64,000 nucleotides of DNA from Lama glama. Lineage: Eukaryota. Both the position numbers and the translations under genes were made by a program. The DNA lies in contig CM052816.1 in the NCBI GenBank assembly GCA_028534125.1, positions 75,332,001 through 75,396,000 on the forward strand, written 5' to 3'. Positions 48,931 to 61,497 of the stretch are shown in pieces. The notes under the pieces are model-generated. The model was not told where the DNA came from, searched no databases, and saw only the letters and a program-made list of their open reading frames with translations. Numbering within the stretch: the first letter of the stretch is position 1; each line of letters begins with the position of its first letter.

Positions 48931-51900
48931 AGTCAGATTATTTACCCTGATTTTTTTTGTTGTTTTCTTAGAAATCCAGACGATCCAAAGGTTAGAGCAA
49001 GTTTGTCTCAAAAAAAAAAAAATCTGCTCTGATTTCCTGGGATTTCTTTGATGGTTTATGAAACATATCATCACTTAATTTAAAGTTTTTTCAATCCTTA
49101 CCAGAAGCAATCTTATAAAAATATAAAATATTATAGAAAATATAAAAATTATTTTTAAAATTTGGTGAATTTTGCTCACTGTAAGAGCAGGAATCAGTTC
49201 TTCACAGAGTTTTTCATTTCAAGGTGGTGGTAAAGAAATAACTAAAGTTGTCAAAACTAGATACTGGTCCCAAATTCCAAAATTTAAAGTAAAACAAACA
49301 AGATCTAAAAAGGAATTCAAATAACAAGAGATTCTGATTTGTTTATGCAGTGTTTTTTACCAGACTTCAAAAGGCCATTTTCTGGGAAAATACTATTGTC
49401 TATAATTGCTCTACTTCATAAGTCTCTGTGGGCCTTTTCTATACTGAGTCTTCTAGAATGGCTACTCAGAAAAAATGTCTTAACCTTCTCCTTGGACAGA
49501 ATTACACCTGCTTTTTCTGATTCATGTCGCATGCTTAGGTCACTCTTACCTTATTCCTTTAAGCATGGTTCAAGAAAGATGAAATCTGTATTTAGTTACC
49601 CCATTCTCCATTGCCTTGACAGCCTATCTAATGGAATGTATCTAAACCCTAAGAAGAAAAATGGAATCCCAAGAAAGTTCATAATATTCTCTGCATAGTG
49701 GAGATAGGACCTAATATCCGAAGATTAATTCCCTTACTTAAGCCTCAGGTGGAGATAAGGGGGACATGGAGGAAAAGAGCAAGTGAAGAGAGAGTCTTAA
49801 AAAGTGCCAGGGTGTGCAAGTAGACGTGAGGTCAGGTGATGAGAACTGCAGGAGACAGAGCTCTCCCAGGACCCCCCTTATGGGATCTGCTGTAGAACTG
49901 CCTGAAATCAAACACATCTCATTTATTTTCAGTAAGTGAACAGGGAGGAGAAACTAAAAAAGTAAGAGAATTGGGCTCTTAAAGAGAGGGGAATGGAGAA
50001 GAGGCAAAGCCAGGCAGAAGGTGTTTCAAGCTCAGTCATTTCTAGGATTCTCACCGCGGAAATGACCTTGACTATTTTAAAGCAAGGGTACTCGAGCAGC
50101 ATGTTGCAAAACTGCATGCTGAGCTGTCAAATTTTGATCAATGTGTAGAATTTACTTAGGCTTTGTTGTAAAAATAAAGAAAGCAAGCTGCAGACTGCCC
50201 CAATGTTTAGGACACGAAGAAGAAAAGCCTTAGCAGAATACTCAGCCCAGAGAACGATTTGGCTTTCCAGGCTCCTTGGCACCTTGAAGTTAAAAATGTT
50301 CTAAGTGGAACTACTTAAAGACTTGAGCGAGTGGGAGATGGGTAAGGATTATGGTACCTTGTGACACGGAGGAGGGTGGAAACTTCTGGCATGGGAAGTG
50401 ATGGGGTCTTCATCAGCCTCGGCCATCGTGGAATCATCTGTGGACAGTTATTAGCTCAACTGCACAGGCTGGGCAGCACAGAGGAGAGCTAGACATATAC
50501 AGTTTTCTGCAAAGAGGTGATGCAGAGCAGTAAGGAAAAAAAATAAAACCTGCATGTTCACTGGGACATTCCAACTTTAGGAGTTCACAGGTACAGTCAG
50601 TGCGGTATATGGAATAAGCACATACTAAAGGACCACCAAGGCACCAGTGCTCCACAACCTTAGGTGATTTACACACACTGTGATGTGTGCATTTGTGTTG
50701 TAATAATTACTCACCTGCTTAATGCTTTTTTTGAGTCTTTTAATCTCCTCAAGTGTGCAGCAAAAAAAAAAAAATTCTAGCATTTTAAAGTGTCATTCAA
50801 ATCTCCAAAGTACAAGAACCATTGCTTTAAACCCTTGGACCATTTCATGTGGGGAAAATGTGGGATGCTTTTGACAACCCCTCGCCCGCAACTCCACACC
50901 CCTCCATGGAGTGGTATGTGCTCTGGTTGCTGCTGCTCAAAGGATTTCTCAGGGATGATGTCTTTTTATCACACTCTGTGGCAGAATTTAGTACAACACA
51001 AAGTTAAAGAACTCCATACACTTTTCCTAACAAGAGGACTTGACATCTCTGAATTTGGGAGAAGTTATTTCTCTGGAGAATGACAGCCCTCCTTAGGAGC
51101 TGTTTGATTCTCAAAATGACGTTTTTCATCCAGACATAACACTTGGAATTTCTGATTGTTCCTTTATTCCTCAAGTTATTTTTAGTATTCAAATGGCCTT
51201 TAATAAGCACAGCTATCCTTTTAAAAATAAAGCTTGCTTTGGAAATACTAGCCACTTAAACAACTACTGGATAGAACAAGGGTCTTGTAGATGCAGAGCT
51301 GGTAACACGTAAATATCTAGAATCTTTCTAATACTTCTGCATTAGCGGTCATTATCTGTTGATGGATATTGTCAATAAATCATAGGAAAGATCAGCAAAC
51401 ACATTATAATCATCTAGGGATTTTGAACTATGTGTTCTAGATCCAGTTACTGGATAATTGGAGTAAGTGCTTGGATGTGTGGTTATTATTTGACCTTGTT
51501 AAACCCTGCCACTTTTCACTACCCTTGGCAGACTTTCCAGAGCTCAGTGTTTCCATACTTTCTCTGAAAGTGAAGGCTTGTTCTCATTCACAAGTAGTTT
51601 AAAGTTTCTCTTCTTTTTCACCCAGTTCTCATGGATTAACTTTAGGTCTTGATCCCACTGCCTTTCTGCTAGGTGACTCTCCATTTGTAAAGACCACCAA
51701 GCACAGCACCTAATACATTCAACATCGCCTCAAGCTCAGTGCCCTTGGGATCTAAAACAAAACCAAACCACAACCCCCAGTAATTTGCTCTATTTGCTAG
51801 TCATCATTTTATATGGTGCTTATGACATTTCTGGAAAACAAATCTGTTTCAAAGTTGGAAGACCTTTGTCATTATATTTGCAAAAGCCACTTTGTCTTGT

Positions 51901-52639
51901 TAACTAACTATTAAAGCTAGAGCAGAAGATACTGAGATTGCACCCTGAGAGGTAGGGAAGCAAAGAGAAAGAGTGATAAAGCGAGCGAGTTTCATTTTTA
52001 ATGGACTAGTTTTCTCTTTGGGGACTATTTTGGTTTTTTCTCTCTCAATCTTTTCTTTTTTGTCCCTACTTGGTGATTCTTTTGAGTAACAGTGCCTCCA
52101 CCTGGTCTAGTGTTAGAGCAGGGGAAGCCCGGAACTGCCACTCAGGGCAAGATTGAGAGAGAAGATAGTGAGGCTGAGACCAGGATGAAATTGAGTTGGT
52201 CTCACATATCCTCTACGAATATCTGTCACATTCAGAAACAACTCTAAGCTGATGACCATCATATATGATTAGCCTGTGCTAATCACAAGGCTACAGGCCC
52301 ACATACATCAAGCTCTCTGCCTTTAGAACCTCAAAATCCCATGAGAAGAACTCTGACATAGCAATAGGTTGTTACAGTGTAGGGTGCTAAGCAAGGAAAT
52401 TAAGCACAAACAATGGGTTATAAGAGTTCAGAGGAGAGAGCCATCATTTTGCCTTGGAATAAAAGGTTGCTGAAGACCTAGAAACTGATCTAGTAAATAT
52501 CCAGAGCAGACCAACTACAGAGAGGCAAGCTTTGCCAGTAATGGACCAGAGATCATTTAACTAGGTGAAGCAGTTTCTTTTGTTGTGCTGAGGACTCTCT
52601 TCAACATTTTAATTTGGAAAGTTCTACAATGTCCATTTT

Positions 52640-53662
52640 TTTAACACAGAGATATCACTACATATCTGCTAGAATGACTACGATCCAAAACTCTGACAAC
52701 ACCAAATGCTCTACCAAAAGTGGAGCAACAGGAACTCTCATTCTTCCCAGGTGGGAATACAAAATGGAACAGCTATTTTGGAAGACAGTTCTAACAAAGC
52801 TAAACCTAGTCTTACCATGTGATCCAGGCATCTCACTCATAGCTATTTATCAAAATAAGCTGAAAACATGTCTACACAAAACCTGCACATGGATGTTTAT
52901 AGCAGCTTTATTCATAATTGCCAAAACTTGGCAGCAAACAAGATGTCCTACAATAGGTGAATGGATAAACAAACTGTGATACATCCTTACAAGGGAATAT
53001 TATTCAATGTGAAAAGAAATGAGCCACAAAAAGGCATGGAGGAAACTCAAATGCATATTGGTAAGTGAGAGAAGCCAGCCTGAAAAGGCTACATACTGTG
53101 TAATTCCAACATGACATTCTGGGAAAGGAAGAACTATCAAGATAGTTGGATAATGATGAGGGTTGCACAACAATGTGAATGGAATTAATGCCCACTGAAA
53201 TGTACACTTAAAAATGGTTAGAATTGTAATTTTATGTTTTACACATTTTACTATGCACACACACAAAACTGAACGGATGGTAAAAGCTCAGTTGTTGCCA
53301 CAGCTTTAAGGAAAGGGAGGATAGTTTGCACAGGTGGAGCACAGAGGATTTTTAGGGCAGTAAAACCATTCTTCATGACACTGTAATGGTGGATTCAGGA
53401 CATCATTCATTTGTCCAAACCCATAGAACTGACAGCACAAAGAAAGAATTTTAATGTAAACTGTGGACTTCAATTAATAATAATGTATCAATACTGATTT
53501 ATGGACTGTTACCAAATGTACCACACTCATGCAAAATGTTAATAGGAAAAACTGTATGTGGAGAGGTGGGAGAGAGGGTATCTATGGAAACTCTCAGGAT
53601 TTTCTGTATAATCTAGCTTCTGTAAATTTAAAATTTCTCTAAAAACTAGAGTCTATTAAAAA
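52640..53662 (+). mobile_element. L1MC1/2-like 3' end (ORF2 C-terminus plus 3' UTR)
   Basis: TCTWMFIAALFIIAKTW..RCP..GEWINKL in ORF 52614-52979; UTR ggtggagcacagaggatttttagggcagt, catttgtccaaacccatagaa; ends gtctattaaaaa. Confidence 0.9.
53147..53264 (+). mobile_element. Short L1MB-like 3' terminus nested in the L1MC
   Basis: ggttgcacaacaatgtgaat…tgtacacttaaaaatggtta…aattttatgtt; degenerate flanking duplication at 53130-53146 and 53265-53281. Confidence 0.75.
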
Positions 53663-53802
53663 GTATCTATTTGGATAAAGTCAAATAAGTATACAGTGAA
53701 AACAAAATATATGGTTGGCCAGGAGCTACTGTCAGTTTTGATTTGAGCAAAAGAGTTTATCCATCTGTAAAAGTTAATGGCTTTAAACTTGAAAATATGC
53801 AT

Positions 53803-53803
<1 letters not shown>

Positions 53804-53841
<38 letters not shown>
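53804..53841. repeat. (CA)19 perfect microsatellite
   Basis: Seen directly in the sequence. Confidence 0.95.
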
Positions 53842-53843
<2 letters not shown>

Positions 53844-54064
53844 TTAGGGAAAAAGATAAAATATGATAAGTAACTGGAAACTTGCCAGATAGTTGGTTGT
53901 ATGCATAGCTGTATTTTTCTTTCACTGGTGGTTTGGGTTGAATGATGGGCTATGCTCAGAAGATTGTTCCTTCATGAATATTCTCATTCTCTAGGTTCTC
54001 TTACCACATTGCCATTCCAGGTATTGCCTTCGAGCATTAGGTAACATTAGATAAGCCAGATTCA

Positions 54065-54250
54065 GAGCAGTATGGATGAGAGGGATGCACTCTGGCAGCA
54101 TTTTAGCATAATGGGTTCTAACTCCATCTCTGCCACTGAGTGAAAACAATACAAGGCAAGCTACTCACCGTTCCCCACGCACGGTTTGCACATCTAACAG
54201 AAGATTGGACCATGGGCTCTCTGAACTCCATCCTCACTTTCAAGTTCTGT
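54065..54250 (+). mobile_element. MIR
   Basis: gggttctaactccatctctgccactga…ggcaagctactcacc…ggtttgcacatct. Confidence 0.65.
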
Positions 54251-54469
54251 TGTCTTGCCTGGTTAAATTTAGCCAAGACATAATGTGGAGAATCTCAAAG
54301 AAAACTCATGTCTGCAGAGATAACCATTTTGAGACAAATCTAATGTTGACTTACTTCATCAATTACAGTTTGGACTTTGAAAAAGAAAATACCCAAGTCA
54401 GTATCCTGATTACCCTGACTGGGTCAGAATCGATCTGCTTTTTGCTCTGTAGAATTATTTAACTTCCTT

Positions 54470-54680
54470 ACATATCTCTTATCACAGTTTGTAATTAGAC
54501 TCTCATTTTCATGATTACCATGTTCATGGCTTCACACATCCACCCACCAATAAATTGTGAGCTATGTGAGAGCAGGGAATGAATTGATTTTTTTCACCAT
54601 CAACTCCCTAGTCCCTAGAGCCCAGAGTAGGAGGCAACACATATATACTGAATTAATAAACAAATAAATGAATGAATAAA
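54470..54680 (+). mobile_element. L2 3' end
   Basis: tgtgagctatgtgagagcaggga…tactgaattaataaacaaataaatgaatgaat. Confidence 0.7.
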
Positions 54681-54933
54681 TTAATTTAATGCAACACAAA
54701 TATAATTTTCAACACTGTGAAGTAAAATGAAATTATGATTGTTAAGACCTGCCTTATTCTGCACGAATTAGAAAGCTTTCCCCAAATGAAATATAACATA
54801 GGTTGCAAGCTGTGGTTTCTAACAGGAACTTAAGAGTTTTAATTTTTAGGAACCAGTAGTAATTTACATTAATTTCTACACTAATGATCTGCTATTAATT
54901 GATGTAAGTCACAGACATCAGTTACATTTATAT

Positions 54934-55072
54934 ATTTTTTATTGAAGTATAGTCAGTTTACAATGTTGTGTTAATTTCTGGTGTACAGTATAATGATTCA
55001 ATTTTATATATATATATTTTTTTCATTACAGGCTATTACAAGGTATTAAATATGGTTCCCTGTGCTATACAG
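54934..55072 (-). mobile_element. Short artiodactyl/camelid-type L1 3' end
   Basis: ttttttattgaagtatagtcagtttacaatgttgtgttaatttctggtgtacag…ttccctgtgctatacag. Confidence 0.88.
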
Positions 55073-56702
55073 CTGGGCCCAATTTCTAGGCAAATTAATG
55101 AATTAGAATTATAAGAGAAAATTAATGGGAGGTATGCTGAGTATAAAACTTACAACAAAAATAATTATTTTCTTAAGTGACAAAATAGAAATAGATTTTT
55201 CATTTTCGATTCAAATTTTTCAATTGATGATTTGATCATTTGGAGTTCACATTTTCATTTTCCTGTGGAAAAAGAAACTAAAAAATGTAAAAAGTCCTGC
55301 TTTTATTTGAATTAAAGCTGAAGAAATCTGAACACTTACTTAGTCTACCTTTTCTAAAAATATGCTGCATTTCTGGATGGTTGACTTGGTACTTAACTCT
55401 TTCAGTCAAATATGTCAATAAGCTATTGGACAGACTGCCTTTTGCCTTCTTCCATCCTATGTTCATGGAGATGATTCTAAATGCCAGATTAATGCTGGCC
55501 CTTAATGACCAATTTATTATTCATGTTTTAGAAGTCCATCTGAAATCATTCCCTTTCAACATGCCCATTAATTCAAAACATCAATTTAGAAAGAGTATTT
55601 CTTCAGTCCAAGATAATGTTCTATGGCAAATGGAGAACCAGAGATGCCATTTAAAATTTAGAACAAAACAAGATGGCAAAAAAGCAATACAGTTTTTTGT
55701 TACTTGTCTGAAATTGAAATAGATGCCTGAGGTGTAAAGAAGAAATTTTCAAACAAACAAATAATCCAGTTCTGCTTAAGCAAGGAAATAACACAATTCA
55801 TGGAAATGTTTGCCTTGGGTATAGCAAATACATGCTTGGGCTTTGGGGGAAAATGTTTTAATATGACTGTGACTTGACATTGAAAAACATTTTCATTAAG
55901 ATCAGAACAATGTCAGAATATACTATTAGCTGATGTCATTCTTTATTTTCTCCAGATTTAAGCCTATTGGATTTTCATTGTGACTAAAAATACTCTCAGT
56001 CTAGACATGTGTTATGGTTTTAAATTATTTCAGTCCAGTGCTCAAACTAGAGATACACACTGAGTTTAGTGATTTTTGTAGTAGTCCAACACAGAACCAC
56101 CTACTGGGGCTAGATATTTTGACTTTGGAACTGAATCGATCATTTATTTTAGCCAAAAGGAAGACACTGTTTATATAAACAAAGTTAATTTTTCTTTGCC
56201 TAATGGTAATTCATTTTCAAAAAATTCATTGGTAACTTGGAGATATTTTGTTTTGGCTTTGGACTTTTTTTGTTCTGGTTGTAAAAAAGATTTCTGAAGC
56301 AAAACAATACATTTTAAGTAAACATAAAGTCTTCAGATTGTGTAATAAAGGATAAGTACCTCTATTTGAAGGAGGAAACATGCTTTGAATATCTTCAGCC
56401 CAATTTCCCTATATCATTGTAGTGTATTAGGTGGTCTCCACATGTCCATACCCTTAGAAGCCCAGTAAGTGGATAAGGACCCAGGGTAGAAAAAGACAGA
56501 GCTACCAAGTTTAATGCTAAGGAGCCTACAGCTTGTGTGATGTCGACACGGCTTTGACAGCACAGGTATGTTGATGGCAATGAGTTAATTATCATTAAAA
56601 TTTTACATGCTTCTGATAAAAAGAATATTTATTTTCACCCTATATACTCACATTTGAGTAAGTATAAATTTCTGAAGCTACCAAATTTCCAGTTTTAGAA
56701 AT

Positions 56703-56758
56703 ATGAGACTTCTAGGACCCAGCCAGTCATCCATTGCTATTCTTAGTTTTGTCCAGAT
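56703..56758 (+). repeat. 56-bp dispersed direct repeat, copy 1
   Basis: 53/56 identical to 57819-57874. Confidence 0.95.
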
Positions 56759-57818
56759 GTTATCCTTCTTAGATAAAAATACAAAAAAAAAAAGGAGGGG
56801 GGGAACCATTCCTCATGTTTTTCTATATGTGAAGCAAGGTATCAGCTTACTGAAATAACAAAGTATATTACAAAATCTTATATATTTGAATTTTGGGATG
56901 AATCAGCTCCTTTCCTATTGATTTACGTATATTTTTATGCTGCTATAGGGTGTTTTGCTCCTGTTTTGAAACTTTTCCTACAACAGTTGCTGTTGACCAT
57001 TGATACATTAAACAGAGAGAGAGAATGAGGTGTTGATGCTGATAGTAGAATATTGACATTAAATTTACAAAGAATTCTGGACATCTCATTTTGTATGCTC
57101 ATTAAAATATAGTTTGTGAACCTTCATCTTAAATGATCAATCTGCCTTTTTGGCTCAAGTTCTTTGGTACCAAACTTTTTGTACTACTATTAAGGAGTTT
57201 GGCGGACAGAAACAACAACATCCAACTACTGAACAGATGGTGACCCTAGGGTGATTTCCTGAGTTTATGTTCTAATGTTTGGTTTACACTAGAAACTTTA
57301 AGGTCTCATCTTCACATACTCTTCTGATATCACACTTCAACACCTAGAGCAGTGCCTCCATTGCCCAGCACAGTGCCAGACATGCAGTAGCATTTGATTT
57401 AACAGGAGCAAACGAAAACTATGGCATCGTTAGCCAGAATGATCCCAAAGTGGGATACTCTGCTAAGGCTAATGTTACCATAGCTGGATCAACTGGAGGA
57501 TATATGGATTACCCTGTGAGGGGTGGTGCCCTCACAATCACATCTGCTTGCTGCTGTGCCCATTTCCAAAATGGAGAGATTCCTTCCTGGCTACCCAGAT
57601 TTACTCTTGAGTAGATAGATGAGAAGACAGGAACTCAGCAGACCTCAACCCCACAATCAAGTCTCATGTATTACAATCAAAAGAAAACCTTCTTATGGAT
57701 GGTAGAGATTCCAATGAGAGGGGGCTGTGAACTCTCTTGGTAAGAGAACATGACTAAGAATGTGCTTCTTTGCAACCTGGTTGAATTGTTTGTTCCCAAA
57801 GCAGCAAGTTAAAGGAGC

Positions 57819-57874
57819 ATGAGACTTCTAGGACCCACCCAGTCATCCATCGCTCTTCTTAGTTTTGTCCAGAT
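57819..57874 (+). repeat. 56-bp dispersed direct repeat, copy 2
   Basis: 53/56 identical to 56703-56758. Confidence 0.95.
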
Positions 57875-59681
57875 ACTATTTTACTCAGGAATTTTAGTTT
57901 ATAACCTGTAGGTACCTAGTAAGTAGATGACTCCAGCTTCGTTTTAGATTCAAGTCATTTCAAATTAGCAACATAGGGAAGAATTAAGAAATGTAAAAAT
58001 ACAGAGTAATAGAAACTTTCTTTTCTACCATGACCTTGACTATTTTCCACCACCCTTTATGGCCTGTAATAAGGTAAGAGGAATGATGCATAGCCAAGGC
58101 AATTGGGTGAGTAAACATAGAAAACCCAATCACAATCCAACCCATTTACAAGTGAAAAGTTCAGCTGAGGGCAGGAAGATTTCCAGTCTACCTAATTCCA
58201 AATAATGGGTTTAATTGGAACAACTTAAATTCATAGGGCACTTTGCAATTTTCAAGGGTGTTTGCAGTCATGATTATATCTGAGCCTCCCAAAAACCCTG
58301 AGATCGAGCAGTACATTTCCATCTGCACAGAGAGGGTCAGTGACTTGCAGACATGATTTAAGTAGGGTCATAGTCTTGGTCTCAAGAATGACTTTTTCAT
58401 AGTCAGGAAGAAAGCTGTCCATCTGGACGCTGATGTAGCAGTGTAGAGGTGTGATATGGATGCTGGCGTCTTCCATGGGTAGCCTTTAGCAGTAGAGGTT
58501 TAGAATCAAAGGGTCACAGTTCTCAAGTCAATCTGGCTGATTTTGCTTTCCACTCAATTCTACTTAGATATATGAGTCTAATGTAGCTGAGAAAAGTGAA
58601 GCATCATTATGGACCTCTATGGAAATAGTAGTGAATTTCATTCAAAAATGAAGCAGCTGCATCTTTTACGTTTTTGTAAAATGCCTTACTTTACTAGGAG
58701 ATTATCAAAGGTTTCTGTTTGTTTCTTAAATATCAAACCCTTTTCATCCCCCAATATGGACCTGAATACCAGGAATAAGACCTGTTATAAAATATATTCT
58801 ATTATTAGTAGCTAAGAAAGCCACACATTTGAAGATTATTTTCAACTGATTCTGCTTAATGACTTCCAGTGGGACATGAGTTCCTAATAAAATTAGCAGC
58901 AACGTTCTTTGGGTTTTTTTTTTTTCTGCTGATTTCAACTTTTAGCTGAAAAGTATTTATTAATGCTTTCACTTGAAAGTAGTGCTGTCCCTCTGAAACA
59001 GTTCCCTGTCAGAGAGGACTTTTCCACTTTGGGAGAAGATTCTTCTCTGGGAGAAAATTCTTCTTGGGCCGTGCTTCTCCCGGGAGCAGGGCTCATAAGG
59101 CTGCTGAGCACCTGACCCACGTGGTCATCAGAGACAGCGCCCATCTCTGGTGCTGCTCCAGTTCACCACGACTTCCCTTTGTGGGGTTTCTTCCAATTTG
59201 AACTCGAGTTGTTTGGAAGAAAAGTTTCCAATCTAGAATGACAAAAAATACGAGGGTTTTTTTTTTTTATCACTGAACTTTCAATCTAGAGCAGAGAAAC
59301 TGAGAACACTTGGCATTCACATTATTTTACAACAATTACATATCAATTACATATATTATATGTTTTGTTGCCTCTAGGGTAATTGTGATATTTCAGTGTT
59401 GTCAGTTATGTCATTAAGTTGTTTCATAAGATCATGTTATCTGTTTCCAGGGACACTGTGTGCAGTCAATTTCAAGATTCAGTTGTAGGCAAATACGCTG
59501 ACGGAAGGCTATCCTGCATGCTGGCCACAGCATTCCCTAAATGAAACTGCTTCTTATTATCTGGCAGAGGTACTGCTGATGGAAGGACTCGGGAAAGCAG
59601 CATCTGTGTGAAAACATGCAGTTAATGCAGTTATAGGTGTGACTGTATAGAATTTTGGAAGTTAATTGAGATTCCAGAAAA

Positions 59682-59730
59682 CACACACACACACACACGC
59701 ACACGCTCACACACACACACACACACATAC
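59682..59730. repeat. Imperfect (CA)n microsatellite
   Basis: Seen directly in the sequence. Confidence 0.9.
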
Positions 59731-60764
59731 CTGAATCTGTTCTCAGTTTTCAACAGCTCTCCGTTTGCCCACCTGAAGGCCCCTCTGGCCTTCTTTTTGA
59801 CCAATGACATTCCTTCTATTTCATCCAGAATCCATCCCATAACAACTTGTAAAGATCGATGGCTGCAAGCGTCCCCTGAGATAATCCAGGACTGCGTATG
59901 GTCTGCGATGAGGGAGATTTTCATTTCACCTTTGTGAGGATCCTTTTTACTGCATCCTAGATGAACATGAGGAAGATTTTAATTAAGAAAAAATCATAGC
60001 AAGTAATTTTTTTTAGGACCACATTTTCAAACACTGCCTTAAAACATAACCAGGCATAGTTGCTAATAATGACACATTAGCACATTCTAATGCTCAATGA
60101 CTCTTAGAATCAATAGCTAGTTAATTAATGACTTAATTAAAACTACAGTGAGCACCAGCCTTGAGGAAGGGCAGCATTATTGTCATTATGTCACTCTGCC
60201 AAACCTTGCTTCTGTACTCACTAAGTGCAGACTCATTCAGGCAGGCAGATAATGTACATGGCCAACTAGTCACATGCCTATGTAATTCCAAATTTGGGGG
60301 ATAAATTACATTTACTTACAGTTTTCTCTGTATCTGTTGACATCTTTAAAATAACGAGAGGAGACTCGCCTGATGTCTAACATCCCCTGACAATACCATT
60401 GCTGCTGCAGGCTGGAGCTGCGTCCTACAGGATCCAAACTTCCATATTTCTCATCTGCAGCCACTCCTTCGTTCCCAACAGCTGTTCAGTCTCAGATCTT
60501 TCTGGAAGGCTTTTCTTAAGGTTCTGGTGGGACCTCACCTGCATGCTTGATATCTTTTTTGGTGGGAGAGAGGAGGCTCCCTGAACTCAAGAGGAAGAAG
60601 AATGTGTATGGTAACAAGCTAGCGTTGACTCTTCTAGAAGGGGAGCTGCTTCCTCTCCACTAGTACTGCCTAAAACCTTCCTGCTCCCTTAAGAACAAGC
60701 TGTTAAAGAATTCCAGGAAAAGGATGATGATGGAATTCCTGGGAAACGTTAATAGAGAAATAGT

Positions 60765-61135
60765 CAAAATAATCTTTGGCCATAGTAAGAGAATCATAGT
60801 ACCCAGAATGAGGGTAGAGATACTGTTTACTCTATACCCAAGTCAGAAAATTGCATGATTTTACAAAGGGACTTATTTTGGAGGAAAGGAAAGAAAATGG
60901 GATGTTTAAGATAGAGAAGGACAGATACAGATGGTGGAATCGGAGAGTCCTAATCATTTTCAAATATTTGGAGGAATATCGTGTCAGAGAGAATAAACTA
61001 GTTCTGGATGGACCTAAGAAGGACTAGTGTGTGGTCAGAAAGAACCTTCTGATGATGGGAGTCGTCCGGAAATTGGAGGGTCTGACTCGAGAGGCTGTGA
61101 AAATTTCAAGTTCTTGAAACACGGCAGGGTTGAGT
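60765..61135 (+). mobile_element. L3/CR1 3' fragment
   Basis: gggatgtttaagatagagaagg, ttttcaaatatttggagga, agaaagaaccttctga, ggagggtctgactcgagaggctgtga resemble the L3 3' region. Confidence 0.65.
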
Positions 61136-61146
61136 CTTCGAAAAAG

Positions 61147-61497
61147 ATGCTTTCCTACAGTAATTCTGTAGAACATTAGGTCCATTAGATGCCTGTTGAT
61201 GGTTTGTAGGAAGAAATTTAAAAATTGTGTTTGTGTGTGCATGCCTGTGTGTTAATAGTTTTGAGACTATTCTTGGGTCAAATAAGTTTGGAAAACACCA
61301 GTTTGAGAACAGGGAAATAACAGCTTAATGTCCTTAATGTGGCAACGTGCGTAATATGCTATTATATGTATTGTGAACATCAAAGAGGCTTCGATATTAC
61401 CTAAATTTATTTGACCAAGGGAATATTAATTTGTTTCAGGAATATCTTTCAATATCCCATGGAGCATTATCCCACGGAACTCTGTTTAGGTAACATT
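61147..61497. mobile_element. hAT-Charlie element (Charlie4/MER80-like)
   Basis: ggtcaaataagtttggaaaacac…aatatgcta…aaatttatttgacca…cccacggaactctgtttaggtaaca, with an internal inverted pair ggtcaaataa / ttatttgacc. Confidence 0.7.

Noticed and set aside
52614..52979. 121-aa ORF
   Set aside because: Remnant of the L1 ORF2 C-terminus, not a host gene.
55930..55985. Good-looking 3' splice site (ctgat…ctttattttctccAG, AG at 55954-55) as PLCXD3 exon 3
   Set aside because: The phase-2 frame reads R-FKPIGFSL-stop and does not match the PLCXD3 C-terminus. It could be a cryptic site, but nothing else supports it.
57415..57780. Possible L3/CR1 remnant
   Set aside because: Similarity is too weak to call by eye.
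59135..59153. CTCF site (cagcgcccatctctggtg)
   Set aside because: It resembles the motif, but core spacing is off by one base in either register, so it was not called.
59083..59160. Bona fide tRNA gene
   Set aside because: No T-loop or box B consensus and non-canonical arm spacing; kept only as a structural finding.
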